64,000 nucleotides of DNA, from the NCBI GenBank assembly GCA_951406725.2, contig OX597820.1, positions 64,046,001 to 64,110,000 of the forward strand. Direction: 5' to 3'. Below, one piece after another: positions 39,449-54,188 of this stretch. The position numbers and the translations under genes were made by a program. The DNA is from Octopus vulgaris (lineage: Eukaryota). Under the pieces are notes generated by a model, which worked only from the letters and a program-made list of their open reading frames with translations, was not told the origin of the DNA and did not search any database. The first letter of the stretch is position 1. The number at the start of each line of letters is the position of its first letter.

Positions 39449-41036
39449 GTTTACCCATAAATTACTAACTATATATATATATATGTATATATATGTATAT
39501 ATGTGTATGTATATGTATATATACATATATGCAAATATATGTGTAACAGTGTCAGTTTATACATCCATAAGCTCTTGAGTGTTTATATATGAAAATATAT
39601 GTCTACATAAAAGTCCGGATGTTTATATGGACACACACACACACACACGCACACATCTGAATCATTATGAGAATGGACACGTATCTCTTCTAAATAGATA
39701 CAAACGTATGCACATATACACAAATTCCAAGATACACACGCCCATACATACATGCATACATAGATACATACACAAGGTGCATACATATATAACGTACGTA
39801 CATACATACATACATACATACATACATACATACATACATACATACATACATACATACATACATAAATATGTACATACATACAAAAACTTTCATCGATCAC
39901 AAAGCTTATAGCTGTTAATTCGTCCACGAAATCGATACGAAATCATATGTATCACATAAAATAGTCAAAACTACAATAAAGTCTTCAACTGATATTAAAG
40001 AGTGCTGGCGGATAATTAGTCTTTCCGCTGATATTATCAATAAAACACAAATCTTTCGCTTCGTATGCGTAATGTCAGCCAAATATTTATAAGATATCAA
40101 TACGATATCAAAATAACCTCGGTCTGACGCGCCAGCCGGATTACATTCTCTCTATAAAACTCAATAAGCAATTATTTTATATATATATATATATACATAT
40201 AAATATATATTTAGCGTGTTCTTTGTTTGTTTTTTTTTGGTTTTAGTTTTGTTTTATTCTCTCCTTATTCTTTTCTTAATTTTCATTTTCTACTACAGTT
40301 TGGGGGATAAAGGGAAATATATGTGTATGTGTCTATGCCTATATATATGTATATATATAGAGAAGTTTATATATATACAAATACATAATACATATATATA
40401 TGTGTATGTGTGTGTATGTGTGTGTATGTATATGTGTGTATGCATGTATGTATGCATATGATTATGTATATGTACAGACGCAAAGACACATATCATGAGA
40501 TACACATAAAGTTTAAAATATAATAGACACCCGATATATATCACGAGATAACACCTGTGAGATTATGAGAGATTTGATGCGTATACATATATACATACAT
40601 ATATGTATATATACATATATTCATTTATATATACACATGAATATATGCATATATATATGATTGTGTGTGTATCTGTATCTGTGTATGTGTGTGTGTGTGA
40701 ATGTGTGTGTGTTGTGTGTTTGTTTGTTTCTTTACATGTGTGTTGGGGATAGTGTCTGAAAACGTTGGTGTCCACTCCAAATTTACACATATATTGATTG
40801 TGAATATCTTTCATAATCTAATCAGAATGCATAGGGGTACGAGCGTATGTGACAGGATTCCTGTCTGTATGTGTGTGTATTAATTCGAACAATTTTGCAA
40901 CATCTGTATTTCCCTGTACAAAACAAACCATGTGATGGTTTGCACACGCAAATCAACAGACAAAAAATAGCTGATAACTCGGATGCTCACTAGAGATGCA
41001 TTCCGAATAAGCTTATATAAATGTGTATGTTTGTAT

Positions 41037-41079
<43 letters not shown>

Positions 41080-41194
41080 CATATATACCTACACACAAAC
41101 ACACAATACACACACACTAACACACGCACACATATATATATATATACATACATATTCATATATATATATATATATATATATATTTAAATCCTTA

Positions 41195-41370
41195 AAAATG
41201 TTTCAGCCCGAAGGCAGCGGCCTTGCTTGGGCACCACCGCTGAATGAGTTACACTAATATGTGAATCCACCTGTGATACGTGGCACTTGGTCAACAAGGG
41301 AGTTCGATGCCGCTGCTCGCATCTGTGTCCCCTGCCGTGAGGTAGGTTCATCTGGGACCCCCGACAAGAA

Positions 41371-41372
<2 letters not shown>
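41195..41372 (-). mobile_element. CR1-like LINE extreme 3' end between (TA)n tracts
   Basis: FLSGVPDEPTSRQGTQMRAAASNSLVDQ is nearly identical to the C-terminus of the 60-61 kb LINE. Confidence 0.85.
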
Positions 41373-41460
<88 letters not shown>

Positions 41461-41532
41461 CATATATGAGGCGTATGCAAATATATATATGTATATATAA
41501 CTTAATGAATAAGAGGAAAGGAAAAAAATCCA

Positions 41533-41871
41533 ATGCCAAATATGCTAAGAATAGACATTAACTCGTCAATAACCACTTATAATTTATCACTAATAAGCAC
41601 GCGTCTTTAAGCAAGCTGACAAAAATTTCTAAAAAATTTCGTTATTACAGAATCAGTCCAATTTCTGAGTTAATTATATAAAGAATTTTCTCGTCATCAG
41701 CGGTAAATACGTTAAGAAAATAAATGAAATATTAACTTCCACTCATTGAAGAAGCAGACGCAAATCATGAGCACCCTTACGTACCTCAAATACATCCAAA
41801 TAGAAATTTTGCAGTGATGATTTATATATGGTTATTGACGATTTAATGTCTCTTCTCAGCATATTTTGCAT
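41533..41871. repeat. Imperfect ~60-bp inverted repeat with a ~220-bp spacer, next to (TA)n
   Basis: atgccaaatatgctaagaatagacattaactcgtcaataacc versus ggttattgacgatttaatgtctcttctcagcatattttgcat. Confidence 0.8.
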
Positions 41872-42742
41872 AGGAATATTTTCTTTTGCCCATATTTATA
41901 AGTATGTTTTAATATGCTAGCCACTGAGAAAATTTTTTTGAAAATTTTATCCTATAATACATGTAAATTCATGTGGATATATAAACACAATTAGGTTAAT
42001 ATATATAAATATAAATAGGTATACACATATAGATATATAGAAGGATATAGAAAGAGACAAAACTATCATATTCAAGAGATAATTATACTTGCACAAACAT
42101 AAAGATACTTGTGTATGTTGACAAATTAACTTACTTTTACATGCGAATGTATGTGTGTGTAATCCTATGTCGACAAATCTGCTACATTTCTGGATCTTTG
42201 GCCGTTAGAGTCATCATAATTGTTTCTTGATCATTTTCATATGCCGAAGTTCAACTGGAAAGAAGGTCCTATGATAAACATAAAGAAAAAAAAATAAAGT
42301 GTGTAACGAAATTTACACATGTTGCAAGACTTATAGCCAAGATGAATAGAATGCCATAATATCTTGACATCTTAAATTCGAGGCAACAAAATCATATCGT
42401 ATCAAGCGAAATTCATCGGTTTCGTCCTCGTTTCCTGTTATCGAAGCTTCTGCAATGTGTCTACTGTTTTAATTTTACAGCGAAACACTTAATAGTCTAT
42501 TAAATATACCGAATGAATCGCTACATTATATCGACGTCATATCCAACCACCCTGTACTTCCCCTTAATGCTATTATCACTAGTGTTTCAATCAGGTTCTC
42601 CAACTTTATATATGCACTGTGCGTTGCAACTGATGTTATTACATCGTCCCAAACCCATCGGGAAGCAGTGGAGAAGGAAGCGAAAACGATTGTTGTGCTA
42701 AATAAAGCTTCTAGTTACACAACATCATCCGTATCAATTATT

Positions 42743-42800
<58 letters not shown>

Positions 42801-43884
42801 ATGTATGTATGTATGTATGTATGTATGTATGTATGTATGTATGTATGTATGTATGTATGTATGCATGTATGTATGTATGCATGTATGTATGCATATATAT
42901 ATGTGATTATTAACAGTTTATTTCAAAATTTCTTGCCAATAGAGAAAGAACAGGTTTCTAATTTAGATCCAAGGTTCTTTCAGTGGAATTTCAACATCAA
43001 CAATACGGTACTGTTGTCTTTCTGTCTGTATGTATGTATGCATGTACATATGTAGGCATGTATGTATGTATGTATGTATGTATGTATGTATGTATGTATG
43101 TATGTATGTATGTATGTATGTATGTATGTATGTATGTATGCATGTATGTATGTATGTGTGTATATATGTATGTATGTGCATTGAGTATCACAATTTGAAG
43201 AAAACATATCTGTTATGTATTGCTTGAATTGTTTGTAGCTGTGTTTGGATTTCAAGGTGATTAGGTTAATATTTCTTCTATGATAACCACTGCTGCATTT
43301 TTCATGTTGTGGCCATCATCTCTATAGTGATGTTGGTTTTATTGCAAGTTTCCCAGGTTAACATTAATCCACTCACAAATTATACAAAAGATGCATACCT
43401 TCTTAATTCAACGATCCCAGGCAACGTCCATCTCAATATACGTTGCAACCAAACCTTCTTTTCTGAAATATTAGATTAATCGATTTCTGAGAGATTTTGC
43501 TGCTATATCTGGTATGTTGGAGAAAGCATAACAATATTTTCCTTCACTTCTAAAAAATATTTTTTCTTTCTTTTCTATTTACATCCAAACATTCTTATCT
43601 CTAAGCGAATATATCTGATCAACCATTATTAAATGGACCCCTGATCCCTGAGAAGGAAAAGTTCAAGCAATTGAATTCATTGTCTGATAACTGACAGATG
43701 GTTATACGAAAGCTATTGATATATAGTTTTCAGAAAGTCTACGCAGTAATGTAGTCGTACTATCGCGTAGCATTGTAACTTTTGCGATGCGCAACACGAC
43801 TGGGATCTCCAAGTAGGTGGTATTCCACTACAGTACTTGTATATTTTAAGCATTAGGGTATGGGGACATGAATATGCCAATACC

Positions 43885-44603
43885 GATTGTCAGTTGCTGT
43901 TAGCTTGAAACACAACCGACCAGGTAAAGGACCTGGATATCTTGGTGGAATCTTCTTTTTCGCCTTCGGCCCAGTGCGTCCATGCTGCCAACAAAGCACG
44001 CGGAGTTCTGTTTTTGATTCGACGATCATTCGGAATGCTCACAGCAGCCATATTCCTACCGCTCTATGTCACGCTGGTGAGACCCATATTGGAGTACGGG
44101 TTTCAAGCCTCTTCTCCTTATCTCCTCAAACACATACATCATCTCGAAAGAGTCCAGACGCTGGCTACCCGCATGGTTCTTGGTCTCAAGCATTTGTCTT
44201 ATGAAGAAAGGCTGAAGACGCTCGACCTTTATTCTCTAGAAAAACAACGACGCCGTGGTGATGTCATTCTTGCTCACAACATCATAAGCGGAAAGTGAAA
44301 CCTCTCGAAAGAGCTGTTCTTCACTCCTGCTCCAGAGCGTAGGCTGCGGGGTCACTCCGAAAAGCTCTATCTGCGACGATTTCACTTCAATCGAAGGAGA
44401 GGGGCTTTCTCCGTCCGGGTTGCAGATCCGTGGAATAAGCTGCCGGACGAGATAGTGAAGATGCCGACGACTGCTCGGTTCAAAGTCTCTCTTGACCAGA
44501 AATGGCCTGAACTCTTTGCATGAACACCCCGGTACGTAACTCCATGTCTCCCTACATGGCCTCGCTTTTTTGCTTTTTGAGCCAAAATTTAACTTAACTT
44601 AAC
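43885..44603 (+). mobile_element. 5'-truncated CR1-clade LINE (ORF2 C-terminus and 3' tail)
   Basis: LYVTLVRPILEYG...LERVQTLATRMV.GLKHLSYEERLKTLDLYSLEKQRRRGD...LRGH...FSVRVADPWNKLP, followed by a (ttaac)n tail. Confidence 0.92.
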
Positions 44604-45079
44604 AACGACATTCGCACACAGACACATATACGCACAGAAACAGTTATCCACAGACACACTCACACACAGTGGCACTAAAAAAAAACACAAAGCACATACA
44701 CACGCACACAAAAGCTATTTGAGAAACATTATGGAGAGCCTTTACTTTTCTGTTTGCAATGGGGTGTGTCACTTTCGTGAGATAACCTTTGAAGAGATCT
44801 ATAATTTGAAAACGTCTGGTATAAACTGAACAGGTCCACCACATTCACTAAGACTAATATTTAAAAAAATATGCTTGTGCTTACATACACATGCATACAT
44901 CCTCCTACTTATATACACACAGACACATAGACACACACATACACGAACACGCCCCATCCCTATAAATATTTATCACTATCGGCAGTTTGTTCATGCTGCT
45001 GCTTTTAGAGCCTTGCGCCTCATTACTTACTGGGAAACTCCCTCCTGTTTGTTTAGAGATGTCCGAGATTTTACATCCA

Positions 45080-45570
45080 TTTTAGTTGAAGCTCTCTCGG
45101 GACCGAGGTAGTGAAATCATCAAAATGACTGATGGGATCTTCACGGATATTGGTGACGGATCCTTGCAGATTGTGTGCGATGAATTTGGTTTTACTAGGC
45201 TTAGCAAGCAGCTCAACGTCACGTGCAGCTAATTCTCAACTACGAAGTGATTGCCTGGAGATTGATGCGTCAGAGAGCAAGGCTAAATCTTCAGCATAGT
45301 TCACATCAGTTATTGTTTGAGCTGGATGACCGATTGATCTTCTTTTCACGGATGTGAAAACAAGGTTGATTAGATTGTCAATTGAGGTCCTAGGGATAAA
45401 ATCCAGTGACCACAAAAAGAAAACCTGCCTATGTTTTCGCCTGGAGAACTTCGACTCAAATATCAAAGAAACATAGGACCTCCGTCAGAGGATATTACCA
45501 TTCATTTGGTGTTATTATAGAGCAACATAATAGCAGGTGGTGATTCTTCAGGGACACCGTCAGCGTTTGC
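45080..45570 (-). pseudogene. RTE/RTE-X reverse transcriptase fragment
   Basis: KRRSIGHPAQTITDVNYAEDLALLSD (the YADD region typical of RTE-X). Confidence 0.7.
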
Positions 45571-45602
45571 AGTCGGAAAGAAAGCTGTCATATCTATCTA
45601 TC

Positions 45603-45705
45603 TAATCAGCCGAAATTGCGAGGATGATCCGGTTCTTGACTGAAGATTGAAGGCTTCGAATGTCCCGTCCGTGTTTTTTGTATCGTTTTCTAAATGTTTT
45701 GCGTT

Positions 45706-45743
<38 letters not shown>

Positions 45744-46054
45744 CGTTCGTACCCTCTATCTTATATGTAAGTACACATTTCTCTAAACTTGGTACGACTC
45801 TATAACACTGTTTCTCTCTCCCCTCTCCCACATTTATTTGCTTTTCTTACTCTGCACTTCACTTTGTCCCTGTCTCCTTTTCTCGCTCTTTCTCTCTGTC
45901 TCTCTCTCATCTCCTCCTCCTTAATTCCTCTGTCCCTCTTTTTCTCTCACTTCTCTTCACACGTGACTGACTGACCGACTACTGGCCTTTTGGGTCTGGC
46001 AGCGGTCGTAGGAACATCAACAGTCGAAAGACGCCTGTTTGCGATGTCCTGTTA

Positions 46055-46122
<68 letters not shown>

Positions 46123-46395
46123 TTTGTTTTTACGTAATATTTTTGTATTCATATTCCTGTAACATCATCCGTTTTTCAGTCCTTGTTTTGTATACATTCG
46201 AAGCTTTCTTCCAAGGAATCTAATGCGCTTAGCTTAGTTTTACCTTGGGGCTGGCCAGATTGGAGCAATCTCAAGATTAATCACCCGAAATTGCGAGGAT
46301 GATCCGGTTCTTGACTGAAGATTGAAGGCTTCAAATGTCCCGTCCGTGTCTTTTGTATCGTCTTCTAAATGTTTTGCGTTCTTGTCCCAGTTTGT
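45603..46395 (+). repeat. Two direct copies (~45603-45708 and ~46280-46395) of an unclassified repeat 3' end, each ending in (TA)n
   Basis: ccgaaattgcgaggatgatccggttcttgactgaagattgaaggcttc.aatgtcccgtccgtg...taaatgttttgcgttctt occurs twice. Confidence 0.85.
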
Positions 46396-46396
46396 A

Positions 46397-46427
<31 letters not shown>

Positions 46428-46683
46428 GCCTGTCTGTCTATCTATCCATCTATCTATCTACCTGTATATATATATATATATATGTATGAGCGCGCGCGCG
46501 TATGTGTATGTATGAGACATGTTTCTTTTACTTTCTGTCTAACAGCACCCATCACTATGCCTTGGCCTGCACGAGGCTAAAGAAGACACTAGCCCAAATT
46601 GACACGTATAGAACTGAGATGCGAACAAGTAGTTGGGAAGCGAATTTCACTTCTAGCCACACAGCCACACCTGCCACTATGTA

Positions 46684-46753
<70 letters not shown>

Positions 46754-48636
46754 ATTCACACACACTTACACCCCATATATATACAGACAGACACACAGAC
46801 AGACATATAGACAGATAGATAGATAGATGGATAGATAGATATACATATGCATACATGTTTCTTAAACATAACGTGTTGTAAAAGACAAAACCAATCTGAA
46901 AGTTATGTTGCATAGTTGCCCATTATAATTGTTTTTAAGTCATATTGATTCCCTTTTAAACTATAATTAAGTGTATTGACGTATATTGACGTTCTAATCA
47001 TTAAATAAACTTCTAACAGTCCTAATTTCCTAATTATCATGCGGTAAACTTCGTTACTCTTCTTAACGCGAACGGTTTGATGTAAAATAAACCGTGGGTA
47101 CTTGAAGACGTATTTGTATGCATATATACATTCGTACATGTATATAGATGTGTTTAAATGTATAGGTATATATATATATATATAAGCACACACACAAATA
47201 TAGAAGCACAATACATAAATAGAAACATTCTGATTCATAAAATTTTATGTATATTATTAGAGACAGATTGAAAACACCAGATGGCGGGAAATTGATACAC
47301 GGATAAAAAGCCATACCGATACATAGACACATACAGACAGAAACTCACATACACACACACGAACACACTCACACACACACACATATATGAGTTTGTGTAT
47401 ATCCATGTGTACATATGTTTCTGTGTGTATGAATACCGGGAGAGAAGGTATGTGAGAACGGCAAGGAAAGAGAGTGAGAGAGAGAAAGGGGAGAGAGGCA
47501 GACAGACAGACAAACAAGCAGACAGTCAGACGGACAGTCTAACAAATAGAGGGTCAGACAGAGAAAGAGACTGAGAAACAGTCAAAAGAGAGTGCGGCAA
47601 GTTCAGAAATCATATAAGATTTCAAGAAATAGGTAGGAGACGACGATTCTTTTTTTGTCTTGGTGATTTTCTGTTACTTAAATAATCATTTTTTATCTTT
47701 ATTTCTTTTATTTAAGAAGTTATTATTATTTATCATTTTGCTTCTACATTTCCCAAATGTCGAGAAGGAGGAGACGGCAAAATTTTGCTTTGAATGCCAC
47801 AGTTAGTAAGAAGCCTGTCGTACTTGCTTTAGATGTGTAGATATTTTGAGAGAGTTATCCGTTAGATAGAACGTTAGAGGATGAGGAATAGTGGAATACA
47901 TTATAGAAAGGGGAGGTAATGAAGGAGAAGTAAATGGGAGAGACTGGGCGAGGTGGTGGATGGATTGGCACAACATGAAAGCAACTCTTTATTAACTGAG
48001 ATAGAATACCAAAATTCAATGTATATCTTGTTGTTGTAGTTGTTGTTCTGGAGGTGGTGGTGTTGGTGTTTGAAGATGATGGAATTTGACAATGAAATAA
48101 TATGTTGTTATTGCTCTTGTTGTTATTGTATTTGTTATGGTCGTTTCCTGATAATTTTGTATAGTGTGGTTTGTTTTTCTTGTGATTTTTTTTCTCTGTT
48201 TTATAAATTCTGTTGTTGCTTCAAAAGCAGGCAATGAGATATAAATCATTAGCTTACGATGTTCCATAGTGATGTATGTCTATTACAAATAAGTATCTAT
48301 ACGCACACATACACACACTCACACACACACTCACACGCACATTCACACACACACACACACACAAGCACACGGACACACACATACTCACGTGCACACGCAT
48401 ATATACATACATAATTATATATACATGCATAAATGTGTGTATACGTACATACATGTATATGTTTGTATGTATGTGTGTGTATGTACACACTAAACATATG
48501 CATGTATGTATGTATATATACACACTAAACATATGCATGTATGTATGTATATATATATATATGTACATATACATATATATATATATACATATATATATAT
48601 ACATATATATACACAAATATATACATATATATATAC

Positions 48637-48689
<53 letters not shown>

Positions 48690-49930
48690 CATTCACGTAT
48701 ATTTATATATAAATACATACATACACGTATATTTATATATAAATACATACGTATATATATATGTATGCAGAATGTGTTTGTGTTTATTTATATGTATACA
48801 CATAAATATAAGTGTGTATGTACATACATATAGTAGGCATAATTATGTAAGACATGAGTACATAAGAACACCCACAGTAAAGCTACAAATTGCAACATTC
48901 TTTTCTGCTTTATCTTGCAGATAAACATATAATCAAAGAGACGAGTTATTATTTTTGCAATCATTCATATCTGACGATGTGACGGGTTACAGAGACGTAT
49001 GAACTCACGACATGGTGACTTACTGGTTATGTAATATGGCAAGGAACCGCGTGATATGGACTATTTTGAAGATATTTAATCTGAAATACCATAACATGTA
49101 TATTCAACTCCTTGTATTGTTGTTTGATTTGTCTTAAAGAAAATATGAACTTCGTTCCTTTATTTATGTATCTATTTATCTATTTACTTATTTAGTTAGT
49201 TATTTATTGGTATTTCAACATTGTCAATAACGTGGGTAATTTATATACTATATACATTTATACTTTTTCAAATGTATTATACATATATGTATATATGATT
49301 GTGTGTGTGTGTGTGTGTATGTTGGTATTTTTGAGTCTACGTACATATATGTGTACCTGCTTGTATGTGTATTTGTTTCTATGTCCTGTATTTAATTCAA
49401 TGTGATTTGTTATGATATACTGAATTATATATAATTCACTATTCACACATTTCGGGAGAATATGGTATCATATTTTTGTTGACAACCCATTTTGAATATA
49501 CTGTTAAACGCTGAAAAATATATTCAAAATTGTTTTGCTTTACAATCTACTTTGAAGTAGCTTTTGTGTCCGTAAGAGATAAATATCAAAAAGTGAATCA
49601 ATTGTAAGTCACGTAATATCGAATCCTTCAAAAAATTCACGATGTATTTAAACCTACTTCGTGTGGCTGAAAATTATTGAATTTTTTTTCTGTTCATGAT
49701 CCGGAAAGGCTGAACCTTATGTGTTACAATAAAAAGATATTTGTGTTGTGTTCATTATCAGTCTAGCACTTTGCCTATAGGCATGCAGATTTCATGGTAT
49801 CTTGTTCGTGTGGGAGTAAACAATTATATCTTAATAGTTGCATATGTCATTTAAAAACGATATAGATTGTATTCTTAAAAGATTAGGTAAAGATAAGATA
49901 ATGAACGTTTTATGTAATAGAAACAGCAGG

Positions 49931-50388
<458 letters not shown>

Positions 50389-50508
50389 AAGAGAGAAGGG
50401 CAAAGAAAGAACGTATTTTGATGCTTGTCATATCCAACATGCTTTATACATTGTCTAACACGAACGACAACAGCTCGGTAGATGTGTCTATATTGGGGGA
50501 CGTTGTCG

Positions 50509-50706
50509 TGTTTTGTGGATTGAAACCTTTCCTTTAGGTTGTTCGAATGTTTTGTGGATTGAAACCTTTCCTTTAGGTTGTTCGAATGTTTTGTAAATTG
50601 AAACCTTTCCTTTAGGTTGTTCGAATGTTTTGTGGATTGAAACCCTTCCTTTAGGTTGTTCGAATGTTTTGTAAATTGAAACCTTTCCTTTAGGTTGTTC
50701 GAATGT
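50509..50706. repeat. 39-bp minisatellite, ~5 copies
   Basis: Unit gtggattgaaacctttcctttaggttgttcgaatgtttt, with gtaaat/gtggat variants. Confidence 0.95.
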
Positions 50707-51577
50707 AGCATGTTCCAATGTTGAATAGTAATCGTTCTATATCAATGACACAAGTCGGCAAGATAACCTAAAACCGACCGGCCAAACAACTAGAAAGAGC
50801 AGTCATGTCTTCATCCATCTACACTCATACGTTTGATAATGTAGTTGGTGATTCAGTATCTAAATATAGTTGGGGTTATAACTATTCGAACGTCTTTGAT
50901 CATAGAAGGAATAAACGACAGTGACGACTGCAACAACAATAGAAACAATAATAACAACAGCGACAACATTAATAACAACAACAAACAACAAGAATCCTTA
51001 ATGTATATAACTAGGGCGTAGTGATGTAGTGTACATCAGGGCTCTGATATCTCACCTCTCTTTCTTCTCCGGAAAATAATGACCTACGCGCTGTCACATC
51101 AAACTGCAATCACACGTATGCAAATGACATCCACAATACACAGCTACACTTTGATTTATACGTTTAGATAACCAGTATTTATATGATTCGATAAATAGAT
51201 TTCTTTATAATTCGATATATAATTTATAATTCACTCTATAGATGCTCTTTTACTTCAGCAAAACACAACAAACAGCGTTGAAAGAAATCTATTTGTATAG
51301 CGTATGTTGTTCCTACAGAATAATATTCTGATAATACACATATTTATCTTTATTGATTTGTGATTACCAAGAGCTAACTCTTGGAATCATCAAGAATTGA
51401 ACTCAAAATATAGGGAGATGCAAATAAATGCGATAATATATTTGACATAGCGTCGTGCCAACACCTGTGTATAGACGGATTCCTTTTACAGTCCTGAGAA
51501 AATGTTCTTTCACTACCAATCTTAGATGGCAGTAAAATAATGTACTTTGTATATACTATTTTAAACCTTCCACAATA

Positions 51578-52262
51578 TTGGTTTCAAAATTTGGCACAAG
51601 GCCAGCATATCGTGTTAGGTAGTAACCCGCTTACATCCAGCCTCAAAACTGTTACTTTTTGTATCGTCACCGAAAAATGAAAGGCAATGTAAACGTCGAA
51701 ATTTGAACTCAGAGCGTGAAACCGGACGAAATAACGGAAAGTACTTTTCCCAGGCGTGCTAACGAGTCTGCCAGCTCACCGGGTTTAGTAAATCCCATAA
51801 CATGGGTTTCAAATTTTGGCGTAAGTCCAACTTCGAAGGAGAGAATAAGTCGATTATATCGACCCCAGTGATCAACTGCCTCTTATTTCATCGATATCCG
51901 GGAAGTAAATTCGATCTCGGTGGAATTTAAACTCAGAGGATAAAGACGGACGATATGCCGCCAATCAGTTTACCAGGAGTTCTAACGTTTCATATTTCTT
52001 TCTTGCCGACAAGGGATAAACATAGAGGGGACAAACAAGGACAGACAAAGGAACTAAGTCGATTACATCGACCCCAGTGCGTAACTTGTACTTAATTTAT
52101 CGACACCGAAAGAATGAAAGGCAAAATATACCTCGTCGGCATTTGAACTCAGAACGTAACGGCAGACGAAATACCGCAAAGCATTTCACCCAGCGCGCTA
52201 ACGTTTCTGCCAGTTTGCCGCCTTCTTCAGGAGTTCTAACGTGTCAGCCAGCTCACTGCCTT
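51578..52262 (-). mobile_element. Cluster of three SINE family B copies, one nested
   Basis: atttgaactcaga...acgaaata...gctaacg..tctgccag is repeated; the young copy at ~51995-52225 appears to interrupt an older one (caggagttctaacgt duplicated). Confidence 0.8.
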
Positions 52263-52541
52263 TGCTACCATTGTAATATTGATACAGCATGAGCGGAAGA
52301 CATGCCGTTGAAACTGAAGTGATACAGTGTCCCGTTTAAAAACTCGCATATTAAAACTTCATATATTAACTGGTTATTAAAAGAAATAAAAGAACCTTTT
52401 TTATATATAAGCTAACTTTAGCAATAACCAAAGCAACATGACACATCTTAAAGTCTGTCTGAAACTCTCATTCCTCTTTTCACGCAGAATAAGATCTTGT
52501 TTTTCTTTATCTATGGCCAAGTAAGTCGAATTTATTCATCT

Positions 52542-52586
<45 letters not shown>

Positions 52587-52640
52587 GCATTATTAAATCT
52601 CAGAGTGAGATGTAAACAGCAATCGCTCGACAATGTAAAG

Positions 52641-52992
52641 TATAAAAGCCATCTCAATATGGCTAACCACACAGTGGGGTGTTACTGTTGCTTTTTAGCC
52701 CCAGGAGATCATCGTCTCCAGCTGGCTTTAGACACCCTTTCAGTGCACTTGAAGTATTTGCAAAGGGAGGCCATTCCTTCCTCGCAAGCCTGAGTGATAC
52801 GCACGGACCGGTTTCGAGATTATTGTCTCTTATCAAACGTCTCAGGCTTGCGAGGAAGGGTGGCCTCCCTTTGCAAATACTTCAAGAGCACTGAAAGGGT
52901 GTCTAACGCCAGCTGGAGACGATGATCTCCTGGGGCTAAAAAGCTATAATAACACCCACTGTGTGGTTAGCCATATTGAGATGGCTTTTATA
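52641..52992. mobile_element. Fold-back element with ~153-bp near-identical arms (52641-52794 and 52841-52992) and a 46-nt loop
   Basis: tataaaagccatctcaatatggctaaccacacagtgg...cctcgcaagcctgag is mirrored by ctcaggcttgcgagg...ccactgtgtggttagccatattgagatggcttttata; microsatellites lie on both sides. Confidence 0.95.
52803..52840 (-). ncRNA. Minimal hammerhead ribozyme, U3-A8 variant, forming the palindrome loop
   Basis: acg-t-TTGATAA-gaga-caataa-tctc-GAAA-c-cg-GTC-cgt: 4-bp stem II, palindromic ACCGGT stem III, GUC triplet. Confidence 0.7.
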
Positions 52993-53172
52993 TTATATAT
53001 ATATATATATCATAAATTAACTTAATTGCTTTTATTCAAAAATTCTGGGTGAATACTCCTTCCTTGCTCATCCCACTACTTACCTTGTAAGTACATGTCT
53101 TTATATTTCTCCATCATGGAAGACAGACAGAGACACGAGTGTTCAATGTATTTATATCTATTTATCTATCGA

Positions 53173-53262
<90 letters not shown>

Positions 53263-53434
53263 ATAAATATTAGGGAATGAATCCAAAATTACAGGGAAAA
53301 ATCAGATTTAGGGTTAAATCCAATTTTATAGTAAAATATTATATAATATAATTCGAGACAAAACCACTATTTTAAAACCAAACAAGGAAAGACTTAATCA
53401 ATACATAAAATTTTAATATAAATTAAATAAACCG

Positions 53435-53478
53435 CCACTACAAATGTTTCATGTCTGCTACCGACAATCTTCAGGTGG
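53435..53478 (-). ncRNA. Minimal type-I hammerhead ribozyme (mirror copy)
   Basis: Exact reverse complement of 54189-54232. Confidence 0.75.
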
Positions 53479-54188
53479 ATTTTCGATCTAAAAATAGCAA
53501 TATTTTAAAATATAATTTAAAATAATTTAAAATAATAAAATAATAAAATTAACAATCAAAGAATGTAAAAAAATAAAAATATAATCTATATATAATCTAT
53601 ATATAATCTATATATAATCAATATATAATCTAAAATAATCTAAAATAAACCCTATAAACAATTGAATATAAAAACCTATTATAAAAGTTCTCATATTTAA
53701 AAATGTACAAAAACCAAAAAATAACAAGCAAAAAACAAAAACCAAAACCTAAAAACAAAAACAAAAAACAAAAAACAAAAAATAAACTATATATACACAC
53801 ACATGCTCATACACTCAACACATTACTTATTCATACTTCCTCACACACACATACAACACACAATTCATAAACAATATACATATACCCGCTCACACATACA
53901 TATACATACACATACATACAGAACACGATATATACCAATATATAAACACCCACACCCATACAGATAAATAAATTACGCAAACAATCACACACACACACAC
54001 ACACATTTTCACACATACATAAACACTCAAAAGAAAACCGAACAATTCTTAGCACGTGGATATCAAACATTTAAAAAAATACAAACAAACTTAATAAAAC
54101 GACCATGATAAATGATAATTTTATTATTTTATTATTTTAAATTATTTTAAATTATATTTTAAAATATTGCTATTTTTAGATCGAAAAT

